A DNA stretch of 33,637 nucleotides, from positions 1 to 33,637 of the IMG/VR virus record IMGVR_UViG_3300025528_000021; one strand, written 5' to 3'. Position 1 is the stretch's first letter; the number at the start of each line of letters is the position of its first letter. Shown in pieces: positions 19,513-27,953 of the stretch. Source of the DNA: a virus (taxonomy: Duplodnaviria; Caudoviricetes). The position numbers and the translations under genes are program-made. A model generated the notes under the pieces. It did no database searches, was not told the origin of the DNA, and worked only from the letters and a program-made list of their open reading frames with translations.

Positions 19513-20472
19513 ATGTCCATTACTGTCAGACGCACTAACGGCACGACGCTTTTGGAGTTGGCGGACAAGACTATCAATACGACCGAAACATCCTTGGCGC
19601 TGGTCGGTCGTGGTGCAGTCGGTTACGGACAGGCAACTGCCGAAAACTTCATCAAGCTTCTTGAGAACTTCGCAAATTCGACTGCTCCGTCTCGTCCCCT
19701 GACTGGTCAGCTGTGGTTCGACACAACGGCCAGGACGATCAAGGTCTTCGATGGAAATCGCTGGACGACCATTTCCGGTGGCGGTGGGTTCGGAGACACC
19801 GGTGCTCTTCCTGGCTCGAATAACCGTACCTCGGGATACACCGGCGTCCTGATTGAGACGGCCAACAGCAGCTACGCGGTCGGCGTTGGCATCTCGGAGG
19901 GTCAGATCATCACGGTCCAGAGTGCCGTCCAGATTCCCCACGGCGAGCTCCCCGCCCAGATCACCATCGAGAACAAATCCTATCCGTTTGCCAGCCGTTT
20001 CCCGGACGGAATCGCAGCCGGTGTGACCATGGCGACCGATCCGACCGGCTACGTCTTTGCCGGTACGGCGACTTCGGCCCGCTACGCCGACTTGGCCGAG
20101 CGCTACGAGGCTTCCGAACCCATGTCGCCCGGCGATGTCGTCGAGATCGGCGGAGAGAAGGAGATTTGCCTTTCTCGCACCGAGGCCTCGACCGAGGTGT
20201 TCGGCGTCATCTCGACGGCTCCCGGCATGATGCTCAATAGCCAGGCTGGCACCGACGAGACCCATCCGTTCGTGGCCCTGGCCGGTCGTGTGCCGGTCAA
20301 GGTCGTTGGCCCGGTGAAGAAGGGCGCTCGTCTTGTTTCCTCGCACATTCCCGGCGTTGCCAAGGCGGCCAAGGGTGATGAGCCGCATCAGGCCATCATC
20401 GGTCGAGCCCTCCAGAACAAGGAGACCGAGGAAATTTCTTTGATCGAAGTGGTTCTTGGTGGAGTGAAGTAA
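19513..20472 (+). CDS. tail fibre-type protein (paralog 3) with C-terminal peptidase G2-like intramolecular chaperone
   Basis: Shared N-terminal module; YADLAERY...PGDVV...GVIS...ALAGRVPVKVVGPVKKG...IIGRAL C-terminus. Confidence 0.7.
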   Translation: MSITVRRTNGTTLLELADKTINTTETSLALVGRGAVGYGQATAENFIKLLENFANSTAPSRPLTGQLWFDTTARTIKVFDGNRWTTISGGGGFGDTGALPGSNNRTSGYTGVLIETANSSYAVGVGISEGQIITVQSAVQIPHGELPAQITIENKSYPFASRFPDGIAAGVTMATDPTGYVFAGTATSARYADLAERYEASEPMSPGDVVEIGGEKEICLSRTEASTEVFGVISTAPGMMLNSQAGTDETHPFVALAGRVPVKVVGPVKKGARLVSSHIPGVAKAAKGDEPHQAIIGRALQNKETEEISLIEVVLGGVK

Positions 20473-20473
20473 T

Positions 20474-23400
20474 ATGGCGTATCAGGCCGGAAGCAAAATT
20501 ACTGCCAGTGATCTCAATTCATTTCTGAGCACTATCCGAGCCATTTACGGCAACGGTAGCGGTGATCGCGGCTATGGTCAGGAATTCCCGGCCTTGCAGA
20601 ACGTTACCACCGACCTCGCTGTCATGGCGGACCATTGGGGTGACCTTCGATCCGCAATAGCGACTGTGGCGGCGCATCAGGGAACGAGCATCCCGGCTCT
20701 TTTCACGGCGCCTTCCGTTGGTGACCTGATCGAGGCTTTTCCGAATCTCCAAGCCATTGTCGATACGGTCGATGAGAACCGCCTCAACGCCGACAGCTTT
20801 TCCCTGACTTTGCAGGAAGGCGTTCATACCATTACGCGAACGACTAACTGGAAAGGCACCATCACGGCGACCATTGACGTGGCATTCGCCGATGAGGACA
20901 GCGCCCGTCACTTCTTCAACTCCGGTGGACGCATCGGTCTGCACATCGAGCACCCGCGCGACAACTCCTCAATGGACGACGATTTTCGGGATGTCTGTTC
21001 TGGAAGGGTGGGTGTTGTCCAGTTTGGTGCCACGGCCACCCAGCGATCGGGTGCGGCCGGTCAGGCCAAGCCGATAGGCTATTACTCGCTCTCCGACGCT
21101 CCTCAGGTCATCTACGATGGCACGAATATCGGCGGCCATGTCGATCCGGCCTATGGCGGCACCGATGTGACGATTGCTGCGGCCCGGCGTGCATATTCCG
21201 GACACAACGGAGGCAACGGAGCGACTGTTCGCTTCATCGTCACCATGACGGTTCCTCCGCTGGGAGATTTCGACGAGCTGTCAGAAGGAACGCGCATCGT
21301 CTGTGATGTGCTCAAGGCGACCACGCGTCTGACCGGAATTGCCTCTCCGATCTTCATCACGGCTTTCGCGCTCGACGGCGGCGCCGCGACAGAACCGCCA
21401 GGAGAGGTCACCAACCTGCGGATCGTCAACGCGACCTCGACGACGCTGTCCATCGAGTTCACGGGTGCTCCAGGTGCCGTCTCACACCAGTATCGGATTG
21501 ACCAAGGGGAGTGGACATCGCTCACTTCCAACGTGCTTTCCGGTCTTACTGCCGAGACCAACTACACCATCCAGGTTCGTGGTGTGAACGAGGCTGGCGC
21601 CGGTCCTGCCGCGACCGTCCAGGGGCGCACGAACTCGTACAGTGCTGCTCCTGGCGCAGTCACGAACCTTCGCATCGCGGCCGCCACGGCGAACACGCTC
21701 ACCATCGCGTTCACTCCGGCGCCAATGGCTTCGAGCCACGAGTACAGCCTCAATGGCGGCACGTATCAGCGTCTCATGTCCAACACGCTGACTGGTCTCA
21801 GCCCGGACCGGAGCTACACGATCCAGGTGAGGGGTCGAAACGACTTCGGTGTTGGCCCGGCTACCTCCGTCACCGGCCGCACGGACGTTGCTCCTCCGAC
21901 GCTGCCCGGTCCTGTCACCGACCTGATGGTTTCCGGGACCGGTGCCACGACACTCACACTGTCCTTCAAGGATGCACCGGGTGCTACCCTTCACCAGTAC
22001 AGCCTCAACGATGGTGCTTGGATGACCCTCGCTACCAACAAGGTCATCCTCGGTCTGCGCGAGAATACGACCTACACCGTCGCCGTCCGTGGCGTGAACG
22101 ATGTCGGCTTCGGTCCTGAGGCCAGAACGGTGGGCAAGACGACCCCGGCGCTGCCGGGGGCCGTCACGAACCTGCGTATCACCTCGGCTACGTCATCGTC
22201 TCTCACCGTGGCGTTCACTCCGGCTTCGAATGCCGACTCGCATCAGTACAGCCTGAACAACGGCAACTGGCAGGCGCTAACGTCGAATACGATCGGCGGT
22301 CTGTCGTCGGGCACGAACTACACGATCCGCGTTCGCGGCGTGAACGCATATGGTTTTGGAAGTCCGGACACGACCAGTGGCACCACACAAGTGGATGCGC
22401 CAGGTGCTGTCACGAACCTGCGCGTGACCGGATCGACTGCGTACTCGCTCACGATCGATTTCAATCCTGCTCCTGGCGCTACTGGCCACCAGTACAGCGT
22501 CAACGGCGGAGCGTGGACGGAGCTTACCTCGAAGACCATTTCCGGTCTCGAACAGAATACGAGCTACACGATCAAGGTCCGTGGCACGAACGCTGCGGGC
22601 GTGGGTCCGGAGACGACGACAGCTGGCACTACAGACATCGCGCTGCCCGGCACCGTTACGGACTTGCGCGTTGTCTCGGCTGCGCCGAACTCGCTCACCA
22701 TCGACTTCGGGAATGCCCCACGAGCGACTTCGCACCAGTACAGCATCAACAATGGCACGTCTTGGGCAACGCTCGCGTCGAAGACCATCACTGGTCTTGC
22801 TGCCTCGACGAATTACCAAATCCTCGTTCGTGGCGTGAATGCGTCTGGTACGGGTCCCGCTTCATCTACCTCCGGCAGGACGACGCTTGGCACGGTTTCT
22901 GGTCTGCGTGTCACGGCATCGTCGGCCACGACGATCACCATCACGTGGGATGGCGACGCGGCCGGTGCGACGAGGCATGAGATGTCGGTCAACGGCGGAA
23001 CGTGGACGACGATCACAAAGCCGCACAAGATCACCGGCCTCGATCCTTCCAGGACCTACACGATTGCCGTTCGTGGTGTGAACCAGAACGAGGTCGGCGC
23101 GAGTGTGACTGTCTCTGGTTCTACATCGCAGGTCACCTCGGGTGAGCAGGTTTACGACACGCCTGGTAGCTACACCTTCACGGTACCGCCGCACGCCAGG
23201 CTCACGATCCGCGTCATTGGTGGTGGTGGTGGCGGCAACGGTTATCCGGCGACCGGATCGCCGGGCGCAGGTGGCGCGAGTGTTGTGGCTGTCCCGGACG
23301 GTCAGCTTGTCGCCCACGGTGGCGGACCGGGTAGCTGGAACCTCGAAGGCTACGGCTCACCTGGTGGTGCTGGTGGTGGCTGGTCAGGCCCGCCTGGAGC

Positions 23401-23707
23401 AACTGGAGCGAACGGCGCCAAGGGTGGCGGCGGCTACATTTTCAACCGCGACGACAGCGCGCGGTCGGGCGCGGGCAACTCGGGCTTCCCTGGAGGTGGC
23501 GGTATACCCGGATTCGCCTTCAACATCGGCAACCGCTGGCACATCCCCGGTGGCGGCGGCGGCGGCGGTTATGTCACCAAGACCTATGAGAACGAGGCCA
23601 TCCCGCCTGGTACGGGTCTGTCGATCACGGTTGGTGCCGGTGGTGCAGCGTTCGGTAGCGGTTCGACGGCAGGCTTTGGCGGCCGCGTTGTGATCAGTTG
23701 GGAGTAA
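20474..23707 (+). CDS. virion protein with 7 fibronectin type III repeats and a glycine-rich C-terminal domain
   Basis: N-terminal GYGQ...ARHFFNSGG domain; seven PGxVTNLRV...HQYS.NGG.W...GL...T.YTI.VRG.N..G.G units; GGGGGG-rich tail. Confidence 0.85.
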   Translation: MAYQAGSKITASDLNSFLSTIRAIYGNGSGDRGYGQEFPALQNVTTDLAVMADHWGDLRSAIATVAAHQGTSIPALFTAPSVGDLIEAFPNLQAIVDTVDENRLNADSFSLTLQEGVHTITRTTNWKGTITATIDVAFADEDSARHFFNSGGRIGLHIEHPRDNSSMDDDFRDVCSGRVGVVQFGATATQRSGAAGQAKPIGYYSLSDAPQVIYDGTNIGGHVDPAYGGTDVTIAAARRAYSGHNGGNGATVRFIVTMTVPPLGDFDELSEGTRIVCDVLKATTRLTGIASPIFITAFALDGGAATEPPGEVTNLRIVNATSTTLSIEFTGAPGAVSHQYRIDQGEWTSLTSNVLSGLTAETNYTIQVRGVNEAGAGPAATVQGRTNSYSAAPGAVTNLRIAAATANTLTIAFTPAPMASSHEYSLNGGTYQRLMSNTLTGLSPDRSYTIQVRGRNDFGVGPATSVTGRTDVAPPTLPGPVTDLMVSGTGATTLTLSFKDAPGATLHQYSLNDGAWMTLATNKVILGLRENTTYTVAVRGVNDVGFGPEARTVGKTTPALPGAVTNLRITSATSSSLTVAFTPASNADSHQYSLNNGNWQALTSNTIGGLSSGTNYTIRVRGVNAYGFGSPDTTSGTTQVDAPGAVTNLRVTGSTAYSLTIDFNPAPGATGHQYSVNGGAWTELTSKTISGLEQNTSYTIKVRGTNAAGVGPETTTAGTTDIALPGTVTDLRVVSAAPNSLTIDFGNAPRATSHQYSINNGTSWATLASKTITGLAASTNYQILVRGVNASGTGPASSTSGRTTLGTVSGLRVTASSATTITITWDGDAAGATRHEMSVNGGTWTTITKPHKITGLDPSRTYTIAVRGVNQNEVGASVTVSGSTSQVTSGEQVYDTPGSYTFTVPPHARLTIRVIGGGGGGNGYPATGSPGAGGASVVAVPDGQLVAHGGGPGSWNLEGYGSPGGAGGGWSGPPGATGANGAKGGGGYIFNRDDSARSGAGNSGFPGGGGIPGFAFNIGNRWHIPGGGGGGGYVTKTYENEAIPPGTGLSITVGAGGAAFGSGSTAGFGGRVVISWE
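21395..23125 (+). repeat. seven tandem FN3-coding repeats (~250 bp each)
   Basis: Visible in protein and in DNA (recurrent GTCACGAACCT, CAGTACAGC, CGTGGCGTGAA). Ends approximate. Confidence 0.85.
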
Positions 23708-23718
23708 CACGGCTTCCA

Positions 23719-24021
23719 TTCACGTGTGAAACGTCCGCTTCTCGGGCATGTTCACACGTGAAATGGTCGGGACCAATCCGACCAGCCCTGTTCACGCGTG
23801 AAATGACACAAGGGGAGTGGTGCCCTGGGGCCATCCAGGTCATCGTGTGGTGTGTTCACGTGTGAAATGGTCACAAGCGCATGGATCTAGGGTTCACATG
23901 TGAAATGACCCGCCAGCTGTCGCCGGTCCGGTTCTGCGTGTGGTCCGTTCACATGTTAGCTGCGTCTGAGTTCACGTGTGAAATGGTAGCGACCCCAGCT
24001 GCCTCGCAGTTCACATGTGAA
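23719..24021 (+). repeat. left array of 8 parS-like palindromes, consensus GTTCACRYGTGAAATGRYC
   Basis: 12-bp cores start at 23719, 23751, 23791, 23855, 23893, 23948 (degenerate), 23971 and 24010. Confidence 0.92.
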
Positions 24022-24043
24022 ATGACCCGGCGAGTGACCGGTC

Positions 24044-24072
24044 AAACAAAAAGGGCCAGCTGTTGCTGGCCC
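24044..24072 (-). terminator. intrinsic terminator of the par operon
   Basis: GGGCCAGC-TGTT-GCTGGCCC hairpin (24053-24072) followed by TTTTTGTTT on the - strand, 14 nt past the stop at 24087. Confidence 0.8.
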
Positions 24073-24086
24073 CATTTGCTGATGGC

Positions 24087-24836
24087 TTAAGCTGCCGTCT
24101 CTTCGGGAGAATCCTCGCTGTCGATCTCCTCGAACTCGGTTTCCTCATAGGGGACGTTGAGGAGGCGATTGACCTCTGCAAGTTCCGCATCGATCTTGCG
24201 CAGCTTGGCAAGGACGCGCTTGCGCTTGCGCTCCAGATACGTGCGGCGCGACCGAAGGGAATTGATGCTGTATTCGGTGTCCGACATGCCGCTGTTCTTC
24301 GCGGCGAGCTCGCGCTTGAATGCGATGATCTCCCTCCGGATAGTCTCCGGACGGACCAAGCCGCGCTCCTTGGCCATGTCGAGCTGCTCGTCTGTCAGGG
24401 TAGTCAGCTCGTATGCGGCGGAGTACGCGATCGGCAAATTTGTTTCGACGAAGCGGCCGCGCTCGATGTCCTCGGCGATGCGGCGCAACTTCACCTCGAC
24501 CGAATGCCCGAAGGGAAGGATTGCCTTCTCCTTCCGGAACAGCGCCTCGTAGACATCCGTACCCATACGGTAAATCTGTAGAAGCAGCTTGCCGGTCTGG
24601 ATCGCGCTCCCGCGCATATCCGCCCAGGCCTTGTGGATACCGATGACGGCTTCCCGCAGCTGCCGCTTGGCTTCCTCGTCATGCAGGATTTTCAGACCCG
24701 TCAGGGCTTCCCGAAGACTGCCGTCCAGCTGATTGTCGATGAGGGCCAGCTGTCGATCCGTGGAGGTGCGCTGGGTCATGCGGTCGCCGAACAGACCGAC
24801 TTCCGCGATGGCCCGCTTGCTGAACGGTGCACTCAT
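24087..24836 (-). CDS. ParA partner, putative centromere-binding protein (non-ParB; DUF3102-like helical core, C-terminal coiled coil)
   Basis: ATG overlaps the parA TGA (ATGA); AGGAG RBS; GKLL...LPFG....KL..IA...LP.AYSAAYEL pattern; no GxxRxxA ParB CTPase motif; basic heptad region and acidic tail. Confidence 0.65.
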   Translation of the reverse strand: MSAPFSKRAIAEVGLFGDRMTQRTSTDRQLALIDNQLDGSLREALTGLKILHDEEAKRQLREAVIGIHKAWADMRGSAIQTGKLLLQIYRMGTDVYEALFRKEKAILPFGHSVEVKLRRIAEDIERGRFVETNLPIAYSAAYELTTLTDEQLDMAKERGLVRPETIRREIIAFKRELAAKNSGMSDTEYSINSLRSRRTYLERKRKRVLAKLRKIDAELAEVNRLLNVPYEETEFEEIDSEDSPEETAA

Positions 24837-25507
24837 AGACCTAACTCCTGGCACACATGGTTCCAGAGAATTTGGAACTCGTCGCGTCCCCTAAATTTGG
24901 GGTGGTCAAAAACGGAGAAGCCCTGACTGCTCCGTAGAATGTCGTCCCGCATCGGAATATCGACCGGGGTGCACGGCCCGTGCTTCACGGCTTCCGTCTT
25001 CGCGATGCGGGCTCCTGTGTAGTTCGGGTTGAAGACTCGGGTCATGCAGAAGGCAACCTTCCGCTCTCGTTCGAGCAGCCTCTTCATCCACGGGATGAGG
25101 TGCGGCAGCTCATGTCCAGGCCCGAACGGTATGAGCGCGTAGTCTCCACGACCGGTCAGCGAGTAGATGCTGTCCTCGAAACCCTCGACGCCGGGCGGGA
25201 AATCGTAGATTGAAAGGTCATAATCTGCATTGGTTTCCCAGACCGAGCGCCAATCATTGATGTGGCTGGGGACCACCTCGACTGGGGTGAGATGCGTCGA
25301 GAATGGGTTCTCGCGGCGATATGCATCCCAGTTCGAAAGCGTCCTCTGTGGGTCAAGGTCTACTCCTCGCGCCCGTATTCCGTGCTGAGTGGCGGCGACG
25401 AGAAGGTTCATCGCGATCGTCGATTTTCCGACACCACCCTTGGGGGCGAAGATCAAGAGCGTACGCCCCCGAGGCGCCTTGGAGGTGTCAAGCGCGGGCA
25501 GTCCCAT
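24833..25507 (-). CDS. parA: ParA-family ATPase (short type, no N-terminal HTH)
   Basis: Deviant Walker A PKGGVGKST, DLDPQ, Walker B IYDFPP. ATG 25507 has a GGAGG RBS. Confidence 0.9.
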   Translation of the reverse strand: MGLPALDTSKAPRGRTLLIFAPKGGVGKSTIAMNLLVAATQHGIRARGVDLDPQRTLSNWDAYRRENPFSTHLTPVEVVPSHINDWRSVWETNADYDLSIYDFPPGVEGFEDSIYSLTGRGDYALIPFGPGHELPHLIPWMKRLLERERKVAFCMTRVFNPNYTGARIAKTEAVKHGPCTPVDIPMRDDILRSSQGFSVFDHPKFRGRDEFQILWNHVCQELGL

Positions 25508-25551
25508 GTGAAGTCCTCCAAATTCTTCGCCCGGAAAATGGCACCTTAACA

Positions 25552-25567
25552 TTAACAGACGGTTAAC
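25552..25567. promoter_or_regulatory. CtrA binding box TTAA-N7-TTAAC
   Basis: TTAA-CAGACGG-TTAAC is an exact consensus match ~45 nt upstream of parA; extra half-site TTAAC at 25546-25550. Confidence 0.65.
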
Positions 25568-25751
25568 GCAGATATCAGGAAATCAACGAGAAAGGCAATC
25601 GTGTCAACTCTCTCACGCCTTTCTCAACCGTCTCCTCAATGAAATGCTCTGTTCTCCCACTACTGGCATGGGAAACTCAGGATGGGTTTCATGTGGAAAC
25701 CTGCCGGTTGCGACGGCTGGTCGCGGCAATGGGATGGGCTCGTCGGACGTG

Positions 25752-26562
25752 TTCACGTGTGAAACGGTCCATCCCCTTGGTCGAGTGAGGAGGTCATTTC
25801 ACGTGTGAGCCGGGCGTGTCGGTGAAAGTGATCAGAAGCCAGTCGCAGCCACAGCGGCCCATCGGACCGGTCTGAGCGATCCCTTATGAGAGGTCAGCCG
25901 ATCGGGCGGTTGACGGGTTGCGCACGCTTGGGCTTCCGGGTGCGACCACGGAATTGCGTATCTCCAGGCAGCTTCCGGGTCCACCATCTCAGGGGCTCTG
26001 ACCATTTCACATGTGAAGTATCGAATGAGACGGCCGAAGAGGTCGCGACCATTTCACATGTGAACTCGGAGGGGCTTCCGACCATTTCACGCGTGATCAG
26101 ACCGACCGATAGGCGGACATGCGGTCATTTCACACGTGAAATGGGCCTACGTGACACCCTGGTCCTTAGGTCATTTCACGTGTGAACCTCGGTCCTTGGA
26201 GTTGTCTGCCACGAGGCCGGGATCGGACGATCATCACCTCGTACCCCAAACCTGGCCTCTTGAGGACGTGGAGAGCGATGCGTCGATGAACGGTGGTGCA
26301 AGGGGCAAGCTACCTGTGAAACCTGGATGCGGAAAGGTCCGTCCAGCCTCGTTCCAGTGCGCTAGGTCAGAGACGAATTCGTACGCGCCGGGAGGCCGCA
26401 GCCAACTCTCGACCCCTTGGGTGGGGTCATTTCACGTGTGAACAGGACTGACCGGATAGGTTCAGACCATTTCACACGTGAACAACCTGCATGAGGCAAC
26501 CCAGATGGCGACCATTTCACATGTGAACTGCCCCAGATCGGTGCGACCATTTCACATGTGAA
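25752..26562 (-). repeat. right array of 11 parS-like palindromes, mostly inverted relative to the left array (GRYCATTTCACRYGTGAAC on +)
   Basis: Cores start at 25752 (left-array orientation), 25798 (degenerate), 26006, 26053, 26086 (degenerate), 26129, 26175, 26431, 26471, 26516 and 26551. Confidence 0.92.
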
Positions 26563-26573
26563 CTCGCTGCCAT

Positions 26574-27926
26574 TCAGACCATCGGCTCGCTCGACACCCC
26601 AGACGGAGCCGCCCCGCCCCGGTTCGTGTCGCTTGATGGCGCGGAGGGCTTCTGGTCGGCGGCTTCCTTGTTCATGCCGGGATCGGCTGTCTCAGGATCG
26701 GTTGCACCGTTCTTGTCGTCGAAGAGCTTCTTGGCGCGCCGAGACCATCTGTATCTGGACTCGTCGTGCTTGATACCAGCGCGCTCGAACGAACGCTCGA
26801 AGGCATAGGCTGCCTGCTCGACGGTCTTGGCGTTCTTTACCGCGCTGACAGCCTGCTTCTCCGTTGTCATCAGCTCGTACTTCAGGAAGCCGTAGTTGGC
26901 CTCGTATGAGTTCAGAGGGAGGCCCCTTGAGCTGGCGTAATTCTCAAACGCTTTGCGTCGCGGGCCTGTCCACTGTGCCCAACCGTAGCCGCCCCGACCC
27001 GATATAGGTCTCAGCTCCTGCATTTGGCGGAAGCCACCGCTCTCATGACCCAGATTGCCGACGATGCCTGCGGCCTGCTCGGGCGTGAAGCCGAAATCCC
27101 GGATCAGGTCGTTCATGATGCGCGGGGCATAGTCGTCGAAGGTGGCATTGCCCTGCGCCATGGGGCCGCCTGTGAAGTCACCTGGCCCACCAACGCCCCC
27201 GAGACCGCCGTCGCCGTTGCCGCTTGAGCCGTTCTCCTGCGAACCTATGCCATAACGCGGACCCACGGTGGAGCGAGGATGGCCGATCCAGGGCTCGTGT
27301 GTCGGAAGACGGGAAACAATCGAGCGCGTGATCGTGACCTCATAGTTATTCACCGAGCCCTTGATGTCTCGCATCTCCTGCGGCGTCAGCGGGTCTTCCG
27401 ACTTGTCGCGCTGGGAGTTGGCATCCTCGGTATCGGTGTTTCCTTCCTGATCGCCCTTCTTTCCGTCGTCCTCTTCCTCTGTCCCGTCTCCTCGTTCTCC
27501 GCCTTTGACCTTCGCTCCCTTCTTCATCTGGGAATTCAGCCTGGAGTCTCCGAACGGCTGGGTGACCCTCCCGTATTTGTCGCGGCGTTCGTAATGAAGA
27601 TGGGGGCCGGAAGAAGCGCCCGTGTTGCCCACAAGGCCAATCCGCTGCCCGGCAGACACCTGCTGTCCGGGCCGTACGTTGAACCCCATCAGATGAGCGT
27701 ATCGCGTCTGGGAGCCGTCGGGGTGCCGGATGTAGACGACGTTGCCATAGCCCTTCGCGTAACCGGCATACTCAACTGTCCCATATGACGCCGCGTAGAC
27801 GTTGGTCCCAGACGGGGCAGCGATGTCCCAGCCCTTGTGGTTTGACGAGGCTCCGGCAACAGGAGGAACCCGGTATCCCGGAGTGCTGGTGATGCTGCCG
27901 GAGGTCGGCATGACCCATTCAGCCAT
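26574..27926 (-). CDS. virion-associated peptidoglycan hydrolase: M23 peptidase + phage tail lysozyme
   Basis: HKGWD...YAHL...GPHLHYE (M23 Zn motifs); QAAGIVGNLGHESG...GYGWAQWTGPRR...FERSFER (tail lysozyme family). Confidence 0.88.
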   Translation of the reverse strand: MAEWVMPTSGSITSTPGYRVPPVAGASSNHKGWDIAAPSGTNVYAASYGTVEYAGYAKGYGNVVYIRHPDGSQTRYAHLMGFNVRPGQQVSAGQRIGLVGNTGASSGPHLHYERRDKYGRVTQPFGDSRLNSQMKKGAKVKGGERGDGTEEEDDGKKGDQEGNTDTEDANSQRDKSEDPLTPQEMRDIKGSVNNYEVTITRSIVSRLPTHEPWIGHPRSTVGPRYGIGSQENGSSGNGDGGLGGVGGPGDFTGGPMAQGNATFDDYAPRIMNDLIRDFGFTPEQAAGIVGNLGHESGGFRQMQELRPISGRGGYGWAQWTGPRRKAFENYASSRGLPLNSYEANYGFLKYELMTTEKQAVSAVKNAKTVEQAAYAFERSFERAGIKHDESRYRWSRRAKKLFDDKNGATDPETADPGMNKEAADQKPSAPSSDTNRGGAAPSGVSSEPMV

Positions 27927-27953
27927 GAAAACACCTCAAAAAATCAAACGAAA

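Noticed and set aside
23881-26550. Short ORFs with FTCEM / SHVK peptide repeats
   Set aside because: These are translations of the DNA palindromes, not credible genes.
23719-26562. Repeat arrays as CRISPR or mini-CRISPR arrays
   Set aside because: Repeat is only ~12-19 bp with a variable centre, periods are irregular (23-64 bp within clusters, ~200-250-bp gaps), orientations are mixed, and no cas genes are present.
23708-26573. Cassette as a transposon or invertible segment
   Set aside because: No transposase or recombinase, no long terminal inverted repeat and no target-site duplication visible. An iteron/origin role is not excluded, but no Rep gene or AT-rich unwinding element is evident.
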